Assembly: GCA_951406725.2 (NCBI GenBank)
Contig: OX597834.1
Span: 20,398,001-20,462,000, forward strand
Source of the DNA: Octopus vulgaris
Taxonomy: Eukaryota
Length of the DNA stretch: 64,000 nt
Direction: 5' to 3'
A program made the translations under genes and the position numbers. The notes beneath the pieces are model-generated. The model ran no database searches. It was not told the origin of the DNA and saw only the letters and a program-made list of their open reading frames with translations. Of the stretch, positions 51,514 through 64,000 are shown in pieces (positions within the stretch are counted from its first letter, which is position 1; each line of letters starts with the position of its first letter).

Positions 51514-52470
51514 CTTCCCATGTTACTTGTGGTGTTGTTAATACCTGCCATCCTCCACCTGTTCCCCACTTCTCTCTTGCTCTCCCTTTTCACTCTTGCT
51601 CTCCCTTTTCACTCTTTCTTTTACACTCTCACTCTCTCTCGCTCTCTCATTCTCTCTTGCTCTCTTTCTCTCTTTTATCCTTATTCTCTCTTGTCTTCCC
51701 TCTCTCATATGCTCTTTCTCTTTCTCACTTTCTCAGGCTCTCACTCTATCTCCCTCTCTTGCTCTTACTCACTCTCTTTCTCTTTCACTTGTTCTCTCAC
51801 TCTTTCTTGCTCTCTTTCTCTCTTTTATTCTTATTCTCTCTTGTCCTCCCTCTCTCTCTCTCTCTTGCTCTCACTTATTCTCTCTCTCACTCACTCGCTT
51901 TCATGCTGCTTCTCTCTCTCTTTCTCTCCCTCGCTCCCCCTCCATCCACCCAGTCTTTCCCCTCTCCCTCATCCCCCCCTCTCTCTCGGCTGCGATGCAT
52001 TTTATGTGATTATATGATGTATTACAGCAAGAAGATGAGTTATCGTAGGGGTGTGGGTGGGGGTGGGGGGAAGAGAACAAGAAACAAACTGACAGACAGA
52101 CAGACAGACAGACAGATGGACAGAATAACAGTCAGACAGACAGACAGACAGACATGGAATATATTACAGAAATATGAAGAATTTGCAACGGAGATAGTTG
52201 CCATGACTTGTGGTTTATTGTAGCTGCCATAGACATAGAGAGGAGGAAAGGTGGGGGAATAGGGGGGAAGAGGCATAGGAGTAAAGTTTATGAGAGAACG
52301 AAGAAGAGCAAGGTATCTTGTGTGTGTGTGTGTGTTCTTTTTAATAATTCATTTGCCTGCAATAAAGATCAGGAAGATGACTTACTACAAAGGTAGAGAC
52401 ATTCCACCAAAATTCCACCAAAATGTACCTTTGGAATGAATTGTGTTGTTAGTTAATAAAAAAAGAAAGT

Positions 52471-52635
52471 TAGGCACAGGAGTGGCAGTGTGGTAAGTAG
52501 CTTGCTTACCAACCACATGGTTCCGGGTTCAGTTCCCACTGCGTGGCATCTTGGGCAAGTGTCTTCTGCTATAGCCTCGGGCCGACCAATGCCTTGTGAG
52601 TGGATTTGGTAGATGGAAACTGAAAGAAGCCTGTC

Positions 52636-52687
<52 letters not shown>

Positions 52688-52905
52688 GTGTGTATGTTTG
52701 TGCATCTGTGTTTGTCCCCCTAGCATTGCTTGACAACCGATGCTGGTGTGTTTACGTCCCTGTCACTTAACGGTTCGGCAAAAGAGACCGATAGAATAAG
52801 TATTGGGCTTACAAAGAATAAGTCCCGGGGTTGATTTGTTCGAATAAAGGTGGAGCTCCAGCATGGCCGCAGTCAAATGACTGAAACAAGTAAAAGAGAA
52901 AGAGA
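52471..52905 (+). mobile_element. SINE family A, full length
   Basis: Family A motifs. Confidence 0.9.
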
Positions 52906-54249
52906 AAGACAGATGTGTAGTTTTGAATTGCTTTCAGCTCGACTCTCATATCTGAGTGTTTGTGTGTGTGTTTGGGTGGTCATAGAATCATGAAGGTGCA
53001 CATGCCGTTGACTATTAAATGTATCCACAAACCTGCTCCACTTTACTTGAACGAGGAACATCTCAGAATAAGGAGACAAAGATGTAAAAGTTCACAAACA
53101 AGCATAACAGATATGCATACTGATCATCAGCTGCCAAACACATATCACTATGTTTTTGACACCTGGGCAATAGTATCTATCTATATTCTATATGGGAAGA
53201 TTCCACACAGTTTTCAGATATATAAATTAGTGTGTGTGTGTGCCTTTGTTGCTGTGTTTCTCTTCTTTCCCACTGCTTCACAGCCAGTGCTGGTTTGTTT
53301 ATGTCCCTTTGACTTAGTGGTTTGGCAATTGGGAAGGATAGAATGACCACCTGACTTGAACATTTTTTTCAACTAAAATTCTTCATGATAGTACCCGAGC
53401 ATGGCCACAATCTCACGACTGAAGCCAATAAATAAATGTAACTCACACATACATACATACATACATACTCGTACACACACACATACACATATACACGTAT
53501 ACATGTACACATATATCAAATGATATATGCTAATAGCAAAATATTGTGCAAAACAGACATAAAAAAAGAAAATCAGTTCTTTAGAACAGAAGAGCCAGAA
53601 ATTCAGAAAAGATACCTTCAGGGAATTCTTTGCTTAGAATAACATTATTTAAAAGAATAAATAAATATATAAATGTTTGTCTGCATTCAAATAATGCTCA
53701 AAGACAATTCCCATCCATTCAACACACACACACACACAAACACAGATATTACAAGAAAATTATATAAACATGAAAACAAAATTTTAAAGAATTCAACTTT
53801 ATTTTCAAAAATACCCAATGTTAATCTAAAGATGATTTTTTCAAAAAAAATAAAAAAACAAACATACATTAAATTACCTTAAACTTCTAGAAGGAAACAA
53901 TGATGTTTCTGTTTTGATTTTCATTTCCTAATCCTTTTCTCAAAAGGAACTTCTTACGGCTGACTAAATTATTCGGGTATTAGAATAATAAAAATGAAGT
54001 GATGTGTGTTGTTGAAAATCTGAAGATCACAAGACAGAAAAAACGAAGGGAAGAGGAGGAGGAGGAGGAAAAGATGGGGTTGAAACATTTACTGTATTTA
54101 ATAGTGTTCTCAGACACATTCTCAAAATCTTGTCTCAAAGAAAACCCCTCCTGGGTCCTATCTGAAAGGTTGAACCTTCATCACATGCTTTAATACCTGA
54201 AAATCCTGAATATGCGCCGATGAAATTAAGGTGCAGCTAATATCTTTTG

Positions 54250-54672
54250 TCCTTTACTTGTTTCTGTCATTAGGTTGTGGCCATGCTGGGGCACTGCCTT
54301 CAAGAATTGTAGTCGAATGGATCAATCCCAGTATTTACTGGTTTTTTTTTTTTATAATGTCTAGTACTTATTTTATCAGTCTGTTTAGTTGAACCGCTAA
54401 GTTACAGGGATGTAAATAACACCTGCTGTTAAGTGGTGGTTGGGAAGACACAGTGGCACACCTGCACAGAGAAACAATGGCACACACGCACACACACACA
54501 CACATATATACATATATACAATGAGCTTCTCTCAGTTTCATTATATTGAATAATTTTTCTCACAAGATGTTGGTTAGCCTCAGAGATACTTGCCCAAGGT
54601 GCCACACAGTGAGGTTGAACCCAAGACCATGTGGTTGGGAAGCAAACTTTTCACCAAACAGCCCTACCTGCA
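54250..54672 (-). mobile_element. SINE family A, diverged
   Basis: Family A motifs. Confidence 0.8.
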
Positions 54673-54771
54673 CCTGTAATCATGTGTCTTTTATACCTTC
54701 AACTATGGTAAATAATTATTTCCTTCCATTCATCTCCTTAAGATACATTCTCTCTTATTGTTATTGTTTGG

Positions 54772-55120
54772 TGTGGAGCTGCAATGGCCCAAGTGGTTAG
54801 GGCAGCAGACTCACAGTCATAGGTTTGTAGTTTTGATTCCCAGACCAGACATTGTGAGTATTTATTGAGGGAAAACACCTAAAGATCCCCGAGGGTCAGG
54901 CAAGGGTTGGTGGCAGACCCTGCTGTACTCTTTCACCACAACTTTCTCTCACTCTTTCTTCCAGTTTCTGTTGTGCCTGTAATTCAAAGGGCCAGCCTTG
55001 TCACACTCTGTGTCACACTGAATCTCGCTTAGAACTACGTTAAGGGTACACATGTCTGTGGAGTGCTCAGCCACTTGAATTTTAATTTCATGAGCATGCT
55101 GTTCCATTGATTGGATCAAT
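54772..55120 (+). mobile_element. tRNA-derived SINE family E2
   Basis: Head TGGCCCAAGTGGTTAGGGCAGC..TTGATTCCCAGACC and CAACTTTCTCTCACTCTTTC shared with E1; different 3' part. Confidence 0.8.
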
Positions 55121-55364
55121 TACTGTTTAGTACGTGCTACTGCCAGTATGGTGTGGATGGAGACCTCCTTATTCTTAAAGAAATATTTTCATAAAGAACC
55201 TTAACACTTGTCTCAGTGACATTTGGATGACTTTCAACTAATTTCATCATCCAACAACTTTGCGAAATATTTTTATTGTTTTAGATTTTTCCAGAAATAA
55301 ATTAGCATTTCTATTTTTATTTTTGTCTACAAGGAGTGGTAGCTAGTCCCAACACACAGCACTT

Positions 55365-55770
55365 ACTCTCTCTCTCTTTACTCTTTTACTTGTTTCAGTC
55401 ATTTGACTGTGGCCATGCTGGAGCACCGCTTTTAATCGAGCAACTCGACCCCAGGACTTATTCTTTGTAAGCCCAGTACTTATTCTATTGGTATCTTTTG
55501 CTGAACCGCGAAGTGACGGGGACATAAACACACCAGTATCGGTTGTCAAGCAATGCTAGGGGGACAAACACAGACACACTAACATACACGCACACATATA
55601 TATATATGATGGGCTTCTTTCAGTTTCCATCTACCAAATCCACTCACAAGGCTTTGGTCGGCCCGAGGCTATAGTAGAAGACACTTGCCCAAGGTGCCAT
55701 GCAGTGGGACTGAACCCAGAACCATGTGATTGGTAAACAAGCTACTTACCACACAGCCACTCCTGCGCCT
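55365..55770 (-). mobile_element. SINE family A, full length
   Basis: Family A motifs. Confidence 0.9.
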
Positions 55771-56503
55771 ATATTTCTCTAAGTACTCTTCTACAACTGA
55801 TCTTAAGGCGAAAGTTAACCAATTCTGAGAGAAAGAGAGAGAGAGAGAGACAGACAGAGAAAGAGAACGAGAGAGATTGATAGATAGAAAAAGAGAGAGA
55901 CTGACAGAAGATAAAGACAGAAAGAATGATTGACAGACAGTGAAAGAGAGAGACTGGCAGGCTGAGGGAGAGAAGTGACACCAGTATATAACTGGTACCA
56001 TATTTTATCCAAGCTCAGAATGATAAAAGGCAACTTTGGCCATAGTGAGACTTGAACAAGGCATGCAGGGATTCAAAACCAATGCTCCATGGTAATTTTC
56101 CTGACATTCTTCAAACTCTGACAATTCTCTGCTGCTATAATTATATATACTTATATAATACACATCACAGTATGTTTTTGGTAAAGGACAAGGTGACCAT
56201 AATCTAGAATATGGCAAGGAATTGAAAAAGAGCAAAACGAAAAAGAGCTGTATTGTTGTTGTTGCTGTCGCTGTTATTATTGTTGTTATTATATTATTGA
56301 TGTTGTTGTTGTTTTGTTTCTTCCAAGAAGCCAGAAACAAAAGCAAAATAAAAATGTCTGGTAATAGATATTTCCAATGCAGCAGATCCAAATATAAGCT
56401 TTTAAGGAACTTCGTGTGTTTCTGTGTGTGTGTATCTGTGTGTGCGTGTGTGTGTGTGTGCGTGTGTGTATATATATATGTATGTATATATATGTATGAA
56501 TGC

Positions 56504-56553
<50 letters not shown>

Positions 56554-56664
56554 TTACGGCTGTGTGTATCTATGTATTTATATATATAAATAAATATATA
56601 CGTATGTATATGTATGTCTATGTGTATGTATGTATATATATATATGTGTGTGTATATCTATATC

Positions 56665-56695
<31 letters not shown>

Positions 56696-57015
56696 GTATG
56701 GATATATGTGTCTGTGTACGTATGTATATATATATATATATATATGTACGAATATATATGTATGTGTGTGTTTGTATGTAAATATATATATATATATATA
56801 TAAAGAGAGAGAGGGGAGAATTATATATATATCTACATCTACTATGTACCTCTTTCTTTTTCCTTCTCTAGCTTTCCATATTTATGTGTGTGTTCATAGA
56901 CATAATATGTATAACTGTCTATATCATAGCTATCTATATCTATGTAGTAGCTATCCCTCTCACTCCCTTGTTTTATATATATACATATATACACACACAC
57001 ACATATATATACACC

Positions 57016-57160
57016 TACAAAGGTATAAAAATACAGATATCTAAAATATGGAGACCCAAAATAGAAGTAATCCCTATAATAATAGGTTTGCTGGAATTAA
57101 TAGAAAGGGTAACGAAAAAACAGACCAAAAAGATAAATAAATAACAGCCGAGGAATTCCA
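57016..57160 (+). mobile_element. Small R4/Dong-like endonuclease fragment
   Basis: YKGIKIQISKIWRPKIEVIPIIIGLLELI resembles Y..L...I...W..K...VPIIVGSLG of 20320-20658. Confidence 0.6.
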
Positions 57161-57189
57161 CCCTACATACCCAACCATGCCAGCCACAC

Positions 57190-59087
57190 CACATATGCAC
57201 ACAAGTATATATAGACACACATACACACACACACACACACATGCATACACACGCACATATGTAAGCATATTCTCATGGTCACATGCATATGTTCTTATAC
57301 ATGCATTCACACACAAACCTACATGGACAGAGACGTGGTGCACATGGGTGCACATACATATGCACACAAAACTACATGCATACATACACAGGTAGGAATC
57401 TACACAGGTGCAAGCATGCATATGCACACACATGCCTGCATACAAGCACATACACATGCGTTGCATGCATACAACTCACACACACATACTCACTCTCTCT
57501 CTCTCTCTCTCTTATGCACACATGCACATTTTTATGCACACACACAAACGCAAACGTACTTAGACACATCAACAAATATTCGCGCAAACACACACACACT
57601 CTCTCACATACACATCACACACTCTCTTTCACACCCATTTGCACATACACATACTTACACTTCAACAAATACTCATGCACACACACACACTCACACTAAG
57701 ACATACCTGTATATGAACAAACACACACACTTTGTCTCACACGCATACATGCACACAAACATACTTGCACATAAGCAAATACACACTTTCTCTCACTCAC
57801 ACACACACACACTCTCACTCTCGCTTTCTCTCTCACACACACGCATACTCAGATACATACACACACACTCTCTCACACACACATATATGCATACTCACAT
57901 ACACACAAGCATACCCAGACACACACAAACACATGCATGCATATTCACACACACTCATACATACACACAGACACACACACACACACTCTACTTATTCTCT
58001 CACTTTCTCTCTCACATACACACACGCTTAATTAGACACACACATACATGCTCACTCACACACACACTCTCTCATACTTTCTCTCTCTCCCACACACACA
58101 TACTCAGACATGCACATACACTCTCCCACACACACATATACACATACTCTCACACACACACACACTCTCTCTTATTTTCTTACACACACACACATACACA
58201 TGCTTACTCAGACACACACACACATACATGCATACTCACACACACTCTCTCATACTTTCTCTCTCTCTCCCCCCACACACACATACTCAGACATGCACAC
58301 ACACTCTCCCACACACATATACACATACTCACACACACACACACACACACACTCTCTCTCTCTCTCTTACTTTCTTACACACACACATACACTTACTCAG
58401 ACACACACACACACATACTTTCTCTCTCTCTCTTACTTTCTTACACACACACATACACTTACTCAGACACACACACACACACACACACACATACATGCAT
58501 GCTCACAGACATTCACTCACACACACAGCCATATATATAAAAAGCACCAGCTCAGCTAATCTCCACATCCATCATACACAGCTGATATTATTTCTTTGAT
58601 TCTGTTACCAAATTTTTCACTGCCACAAAAGCTGTGAGGAATCTGCAAAAGTTTGGAGTCAAAATAAATCTAGTCAAAGAGAATTGGTGATTAAAGAGAG
58701 TGATTTCAGTCAAATCAATCGAGATCTATGGCCTGAGGCAGACCAAGTAGATCCACAGAGGAGACACAATTGCCTGCCTTCTCTCTCCACCTCTCCCTCT
58801 CTTCTTTATATCTACCTATCTTCTCTCTCCCCATTCTCTCTTTCTCTATTTTCCCTCTCTCTCAGTATTGTCTCTCCTCTATCTCTCCTCTTAATATATC
58901 CTCTCTCTCACTTTTCTCTCTCCCCATTCTCTCTCTCTCTCTCTCAGTATTGTCTCTCCTCTATATCAATCCTTTCTGTCTATCTTCTCTCTCTGTCTAT
59001 CCTCTCTCTCTCTCTCTCTCTATACTCTCTATCCTCTCTATCACCTTTCTCTCTCCTCATTCTCTCTCTATCACTGTATTCTTTGTG

Positions 59088-59119
<32 letters not shown>

Positions 59120-59370
59120 TTCTCTCTCTGTCTCTCTAACTATCCTCCCTCTCTTTCTGTTTCTCTAACTATCCTCTCTCTCCCTTGCACTTATTCTCTC
59201 TCCTCTCTCTCTCCTACTCTCTCTGTATCCCCATTCTCTCTCTCTCTCCTCACTTTCTTCTCTCTCTTTCATTTTTTCTCTTGCTCTCCCATCTCTCCCT
59301 ATCTCTCCTCCTTCTCTCTTCTTCCCTCTCTTTCTCTCTCTCTCTTCACCCTTCTCTCTGTCTTTCTCAG
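57190..59370. repeat. Long (CA)n/(CT)n low-complexity block with internal duplications
   Basis: Direct reading; source of the 421-aa HT-rich ORF. Confidence 0.92.
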
Positions 59371-59546
59371 TCATCACTCAACATTGTGCTCTTTTCCCTT
59401 TGTTTTCACCCTCTTCTTCTTTGTTCATTGCTCTCCATTGCTCAAACACCACTTCACCTCACCCTCTTTATAGTAGTGATGGTGAGTGGATGGTGGTGGT
59501 GGCGATCATGATGGTAGAGGGGATGGTGGTGATGATGATGGTGATG

Positions 59547-59578
<32 letters not shown>

Positions 59579-59779
59579 GGTGGTGATGGTGTTATTGCTT
59601 ATATTGGTTATGATGGTTGATCTCAGAACATTGAATGTCTGAAGTAAAATCACAAAGCATTTTGTCCGATGCTCCAATGAATCTATCAATCTTCTGCTTC
59701 TAATGGCTTCCAACTAAGGTACAGCACCAACTATTTTGAGGGGAGGGGATTAATCAGTACCATCACCCTCTATTTCATT

Positions 59780-60250
59780 TCATAACCCCAGTACATCATT
59801 GGTACTTTATTTCTTTTATCAACCCCAGTACTTGACTGGTACTCTATGTTATCAAAAACATACATGACTGGTACTCTGTTTTATCACCCCAGTACTTGAC
59901 TGGTATTTTATCACCCCACTTTACTTGACTAAACTCAATTTTATCAGCCCAAGTACTTCATTGGTACTCTATTTTATCAATAATATATGTGACTGGTACT
60001 CTGTTTTATCACCCCAGTACTTGACTGGTATTTTATTTTATCCCCCACCCTACCCGTACTTGACTATCAAATTTTATCAACCCATGTACTTTATCAGCCC
60101 AGTACTCTATGTTATCAATAACATATGTGACCGGTACTCTGTTTCATCTCTCTAGTACTTAACTGGTACTTTATTCCTTCACTCCCAGCACTTGATTGGT
60201 ACTCTATTTTATCAACCCCAGTACCTTGACTGCTACTTTATTTTATCAAT
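59780..60250. repeat. ~33-bp minisatellite amplified from the interior of a SINE B copy (59700-60370, minus)
   Basis: About 15 units of ttatcaaccccagtacttgactggtactytatt between a SINE B tail and head. Confidence 0.85.
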
Positions 60251-60802
60251 CCCCCAAAGGGACAAAAGACTAAGGACAAAGTCAACCCATGCTGTATTTG
60301 AACTCGGATCATAAAAATCCGAATGAAATAGCCCCGAGGCATATTTCTTTGCCTACACTCTAACAAAACTCAACCGATCCAAGAATCAAAACAAAATCAT
60401 TTTCCTTCCTTCCAGAGGTTTATTTCTACTTCAAATAAATTTTCGTAAACAGCAAAAATACAAAACAGACATTATTATGCTTTTTTTTTTAGTTTTTTTT
60501 TTTTTGTTTTGGCTCATCTGATCATGTTTTTCTCTGTCAAATGTATGACTATCTAAGGAAGGAGACAAGCATTCAAGTCAACGCCATTGGTTAGAGTTTG
60601 TCTTGTTGTTTTATTTTGTTTTATTTTAATTCGCTTCCTTTCTTTCTTTTTTTTTCTTTTTTATTTTCTGTTTATTAACTTCGAAATCTGCCAATTCCTT
60701 CGTGAAACAATTCGTTTCCTGTTTCTATCATGGAAATTATTTGCTGGCGTGTGAAGGGATTCTTAGATTTTTCTTGTGTTAACAACTGAGAATTCAGATA
60801 AC

Positions 60803-60843
<41 letters not shown>

Positions 60844-60865
60844 AATAGTAATAATAATAATAATG

Positions 60866-60897
<32 letters not shown>

Positions 60898-61099
60898 CAT
60901 ATTATCATCATCATCATCACCACAATCATCATCATCATCACCACTACCACCACTACCATCATCATCATCATCATCACCATTGTGGTACTGGCAACAACAA
61001 AAACCTTAGAATCATCGATAACAATAATGTTAATAATAACAACAATAACAATAGTAATCATAAAAATAATAAAACAACAGGATTAATAGCAATAACGAT

Positions 61100-61625
61100 G
61101 CTGGTTTCAAATTTAGGCACTAGGCCAGCAATTTAGGGAGCAGTGGGGTAAGTCGATTACATTGACCCTGATGCTCAACTGTTACTTACTTTATTGTCCC
61201 TAGAAGGGTGAAAGGCCAGGTTAACCTTAGCAGAATTTGAACCCAGAATGTAGAGATGAACAAAATGCCACTAAGCATTTTTACTAACATGAAGGCATGT
61301 GACTCTGTGGTTAGAGCATCAGACTCACAATCATGAGGTAGTGAGTTCGATTCCCAGACCGAGCTGTGTGTTTTGTTCTTGAGCAGGATTCTTTATCTCA
61401 TGTTGCTCCAATTCACTCTGCTGTAGAAATGAGTTGCAATGTCACTGGTACCAAGCTGTATCAGCCCTTACCTTTCCCTTGGATAACATTGGTGGCATGG
61501 AGAGGAGAGGCTGGTATGCATGGGCAACTGCTGGTCTTCTATAAACAACCTTGCCCGGACTTGTGCCTGGGAGGGTAACTTTCTAGGTGCAATCCCATGG
61601 TCATTCATGACCGAAAGGGGTCTTT
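61100..61625. mobile_element. SINE B (-, 61100-61285) followed by SINE D (+, 61290-61625)
   Basis: Family motifs; SINE D matches 7816-8142. Confidence 0.85.
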
Positions 61626-62054
61626 ATCCTTCACGCTATGTACATATAATGGCATGGAGAAGGAAGGCTGGTTTGCATGGGTGACTGCTAGCCTCCTTAA
61701 ACAATCTTGCCCAGATTTGTGCCTTGGAGGGCAGCTTTCTGGTCTCCTTTTACTGAGCTGCTAAGTTACAGGGACGTAAACACACCAACACCAGTTGCAG
61801 GTGGTGGCAGGGGACATATACAAAGATACACACACATATACAGCAAAACTTTGTTTTTATCCAAAATAGAGGTAAACACCATTCCTCTGTGTGATTGGCT
61901 TGAAAAATTGTTAAGATATTGATAGTTCCCTATTTTACTTAACATGAAACCAATGGTAGCCTTAATTCACAAATAAAAAAATTCTATCCCTCTATGTGGT
62001 GTTGAGCACTCATTCTCATCATTTGACATTTACATATATGTGTGTGTGTGTACA

Positions 62055-62215
62055 ACAGGCTTCTTTCAGTTTCCATCTATCAAATCCACTCACAAGGCTT
62101 TGAGGATTTGGTTGGGTTATAGTAGAAGACACTTGCTCAAGGTGCTGTGCAGTGGAACTGAACCTGGAACCATGTGGTTGAGAAGCAAGCTTCTAACCAC
62201 ACAGCTGCATCTACT
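62055..62215 (-). mobile_element. SINE A head
   Basis: Family A 5' motifs. Confidence 0.8.
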
Positions 62216-62365
62216 CCTATATGGATTTACTGTATCAGATCTATCATTTCTGTTTCTGAAAGCTGGCTGGGTGTAATGAAAAGGATTTGACTGATGTTTC
62301 TAGCAAGGCAGGCAACTATATAGAGGTCCCCTTACTGCATGTGTGTTTGTGTGTGTGTGTGTGCG

Positions 62366-62397
<32 letters not shown>

Positions 62398-63143
62398 AAA
62401 GAAAGACAGGGAGAGCATACAGGAGGCAGTATGAATGTATAAGACAAATAGAGACATGGTGTATATATGATGGAATTTGTGTGTGTGTGTCTATATGTGA
62501 AATAGAGAGAGGGTGTGTGTAAGATAAAGTGAGGTTAAGTGTATGTGTAATAGAGAGAGGCTGTATGTGTGTGTGTGTGAGTGAGATAGAGACAGGATGT
62601 ATGAGTAATAGAGATGGTGTGTGTGTGTATATGGGAAAAAGATGTAGTGTGTGTGTTTATGTATGTTTATATGAGAGGGTGTATGTGGATGTAATTGTCC
62701 AAGAAGGTGTGTGTGTGTGTGTTTGTGTCTATATGTCTGTGTGTATGTGTGCCAGTGAAACAGAGAGAGAGAGAGAGAGAAGCAGGATGTGTGTGTGTGT
62801 GTGCAGCATAAATGAAATGAAAAGAGAGAGAGAGAGGCAGTGTATGTGTGTATGTGTGAGAGAAGGCCTCGTGTGTTCAAGTGATTGGTTTTCTAAACTC
62901 AATATGATAAATTTTCAGATTCCAAAAGATTCCCAAAGAAAAGGTAAAGGAAAAAGGATCACAAAAGGACAAAAACAAGAGCAAAAGAAAAAGGGAAAAA
63001 AAAAGACTCCAAAGCACTTGGAAGGAATGTAATTTGAAACCGAAATTCCCTGTTTGGTTGATGTTGATTGTAAAGTCTGAGAGAGTTAATACTTTCTGTA
63101 CCTGGGGGCTATCTTCGTCAGAGAGAATGAGAAAGAAGATGAT

Positions 63144-63191
<48 letters not shown>

Positions 63192-63495
63192 GTAACTGTG
63201 TGTGTGTGTGTGTGTGTGACACAGAGAGAGAGAGAGAGAGAGAGACTGACTGACTGACTGACTGACAGACAGACAGACAGACAGGTAGGTGGATAGATAG
63301 ACAGATACACAGATTGATTGGTAGATAGATATCCATGTAGGTTTGTGCATATGTGTGTGTGTGTGTGTGTGTGAAAGAGAGAGAGAGAGAGAGAGAAAGA
63401 AAGTGAGATGGAAAATTATGTGCATCAGAGAGATAAACAGTAACACACTTTGTGTGTGTGGGGAGGGGTAGAGTTAATAAAACAGAAACTGAAGA

Positions 63496-63532
<37 letters not shown>

Positions 63533-63615
63533 CATGTGGCCGTGAGAGAGAAAGAGGGAAAGAGAGAGAAAACAGATCATCTTTTTCTATATATTAATGG
63601 TTGAGTCATAACAGG

Positions 63616-63666
<51 letters not shown>

Positions 63667-63883
63667 AAAAGCCATAACAATTTGCAAGGCCTCCAAGGTA
63701 GGTGAAGGCACAATGGTTGAGGTTACCTTCATATCAGAGAACTGCTGGCTCGAATGATTGAACAGAGTGGACTCGTGGTGACCAGAGGGAGACCACGACC
63801 AGTGAAGTGTGAAACAACTCTAATTTCCCTGCCAGTTTGAGACGAAAAAAAAAAGGCAATTTTGCTAATTAATGATTCACCCA

Positions 63884-63926
<43 letters not shown>

Positions 63927-64000
63927 TATACATCATCATTAGCATTGTATATGTGTGTATGTATATCATGATACACACACACATGTAGCACATAAGTGCA

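Noticed and set aside
57275-58540. 421-aa ORF, the longest in the window
   Set aside because: Translation of (CA)n/(CT)n repeats (HTHT/SLSL) that cannot form stop codons; no domain.
59780-60250. CRISPR-like array of ~33-bp repeats
   Set aside because: No unique spacers, no cas genes, eukaryotic context; SINE-derived tandem repeat.
63080-63128. Minus-strand CTGACGA...GAAA
   Set aside because: Stems I-III do not form.
63727-63828. Possible minus-strand 102-nt exon in a unique-looking island
   Set aside because: Stops in all three frames and only moderate splice signals; a non-coding exon cannot be excluded.

Overview
Eukaryotic, repeat-saturated, essentially non-coding DNA. The microsatellite load and SINE repertoire suggest an octopus genome (inference from memory of these families, no search run). 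I found no credible host protein-coding exon; nearly all listed ORFs are translations of (TA)n, (CA)n, (GA)n, (AAT)n or (GAT)n repeats. Recognisable content: several tRNA-derived SINE families in many copies, decayed RTE LINE pieces (endonuclease, RT, C-terminus), R4/Dong-like endonuclease 3' ends (two of three in (TAA)n tracts), mariner and Tc1 transposase relics, piggyBac- and hAT-type MITEs, and minisatellites. Two signals stand out. (1) About ten type I hammerhead-ribozyme-like motifs from several unrelated short elements, probably Penelope pLTR or retrozyme relics. They have short palindromic stem III sequences, often an expanded stem II, and one family has a shared A6U core change; 44314-44388 and 22888-23022 look intact. 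(2) A candidate recursive splice site (23-nt pyrimidine tract, AG|GTAAGT at 34090/34091) followed by a 61-nt cryptic exon with stops in all frames, suggesting the window lies within a very long + strand intron. All calls are by eye and repeat boundaries are approximate.
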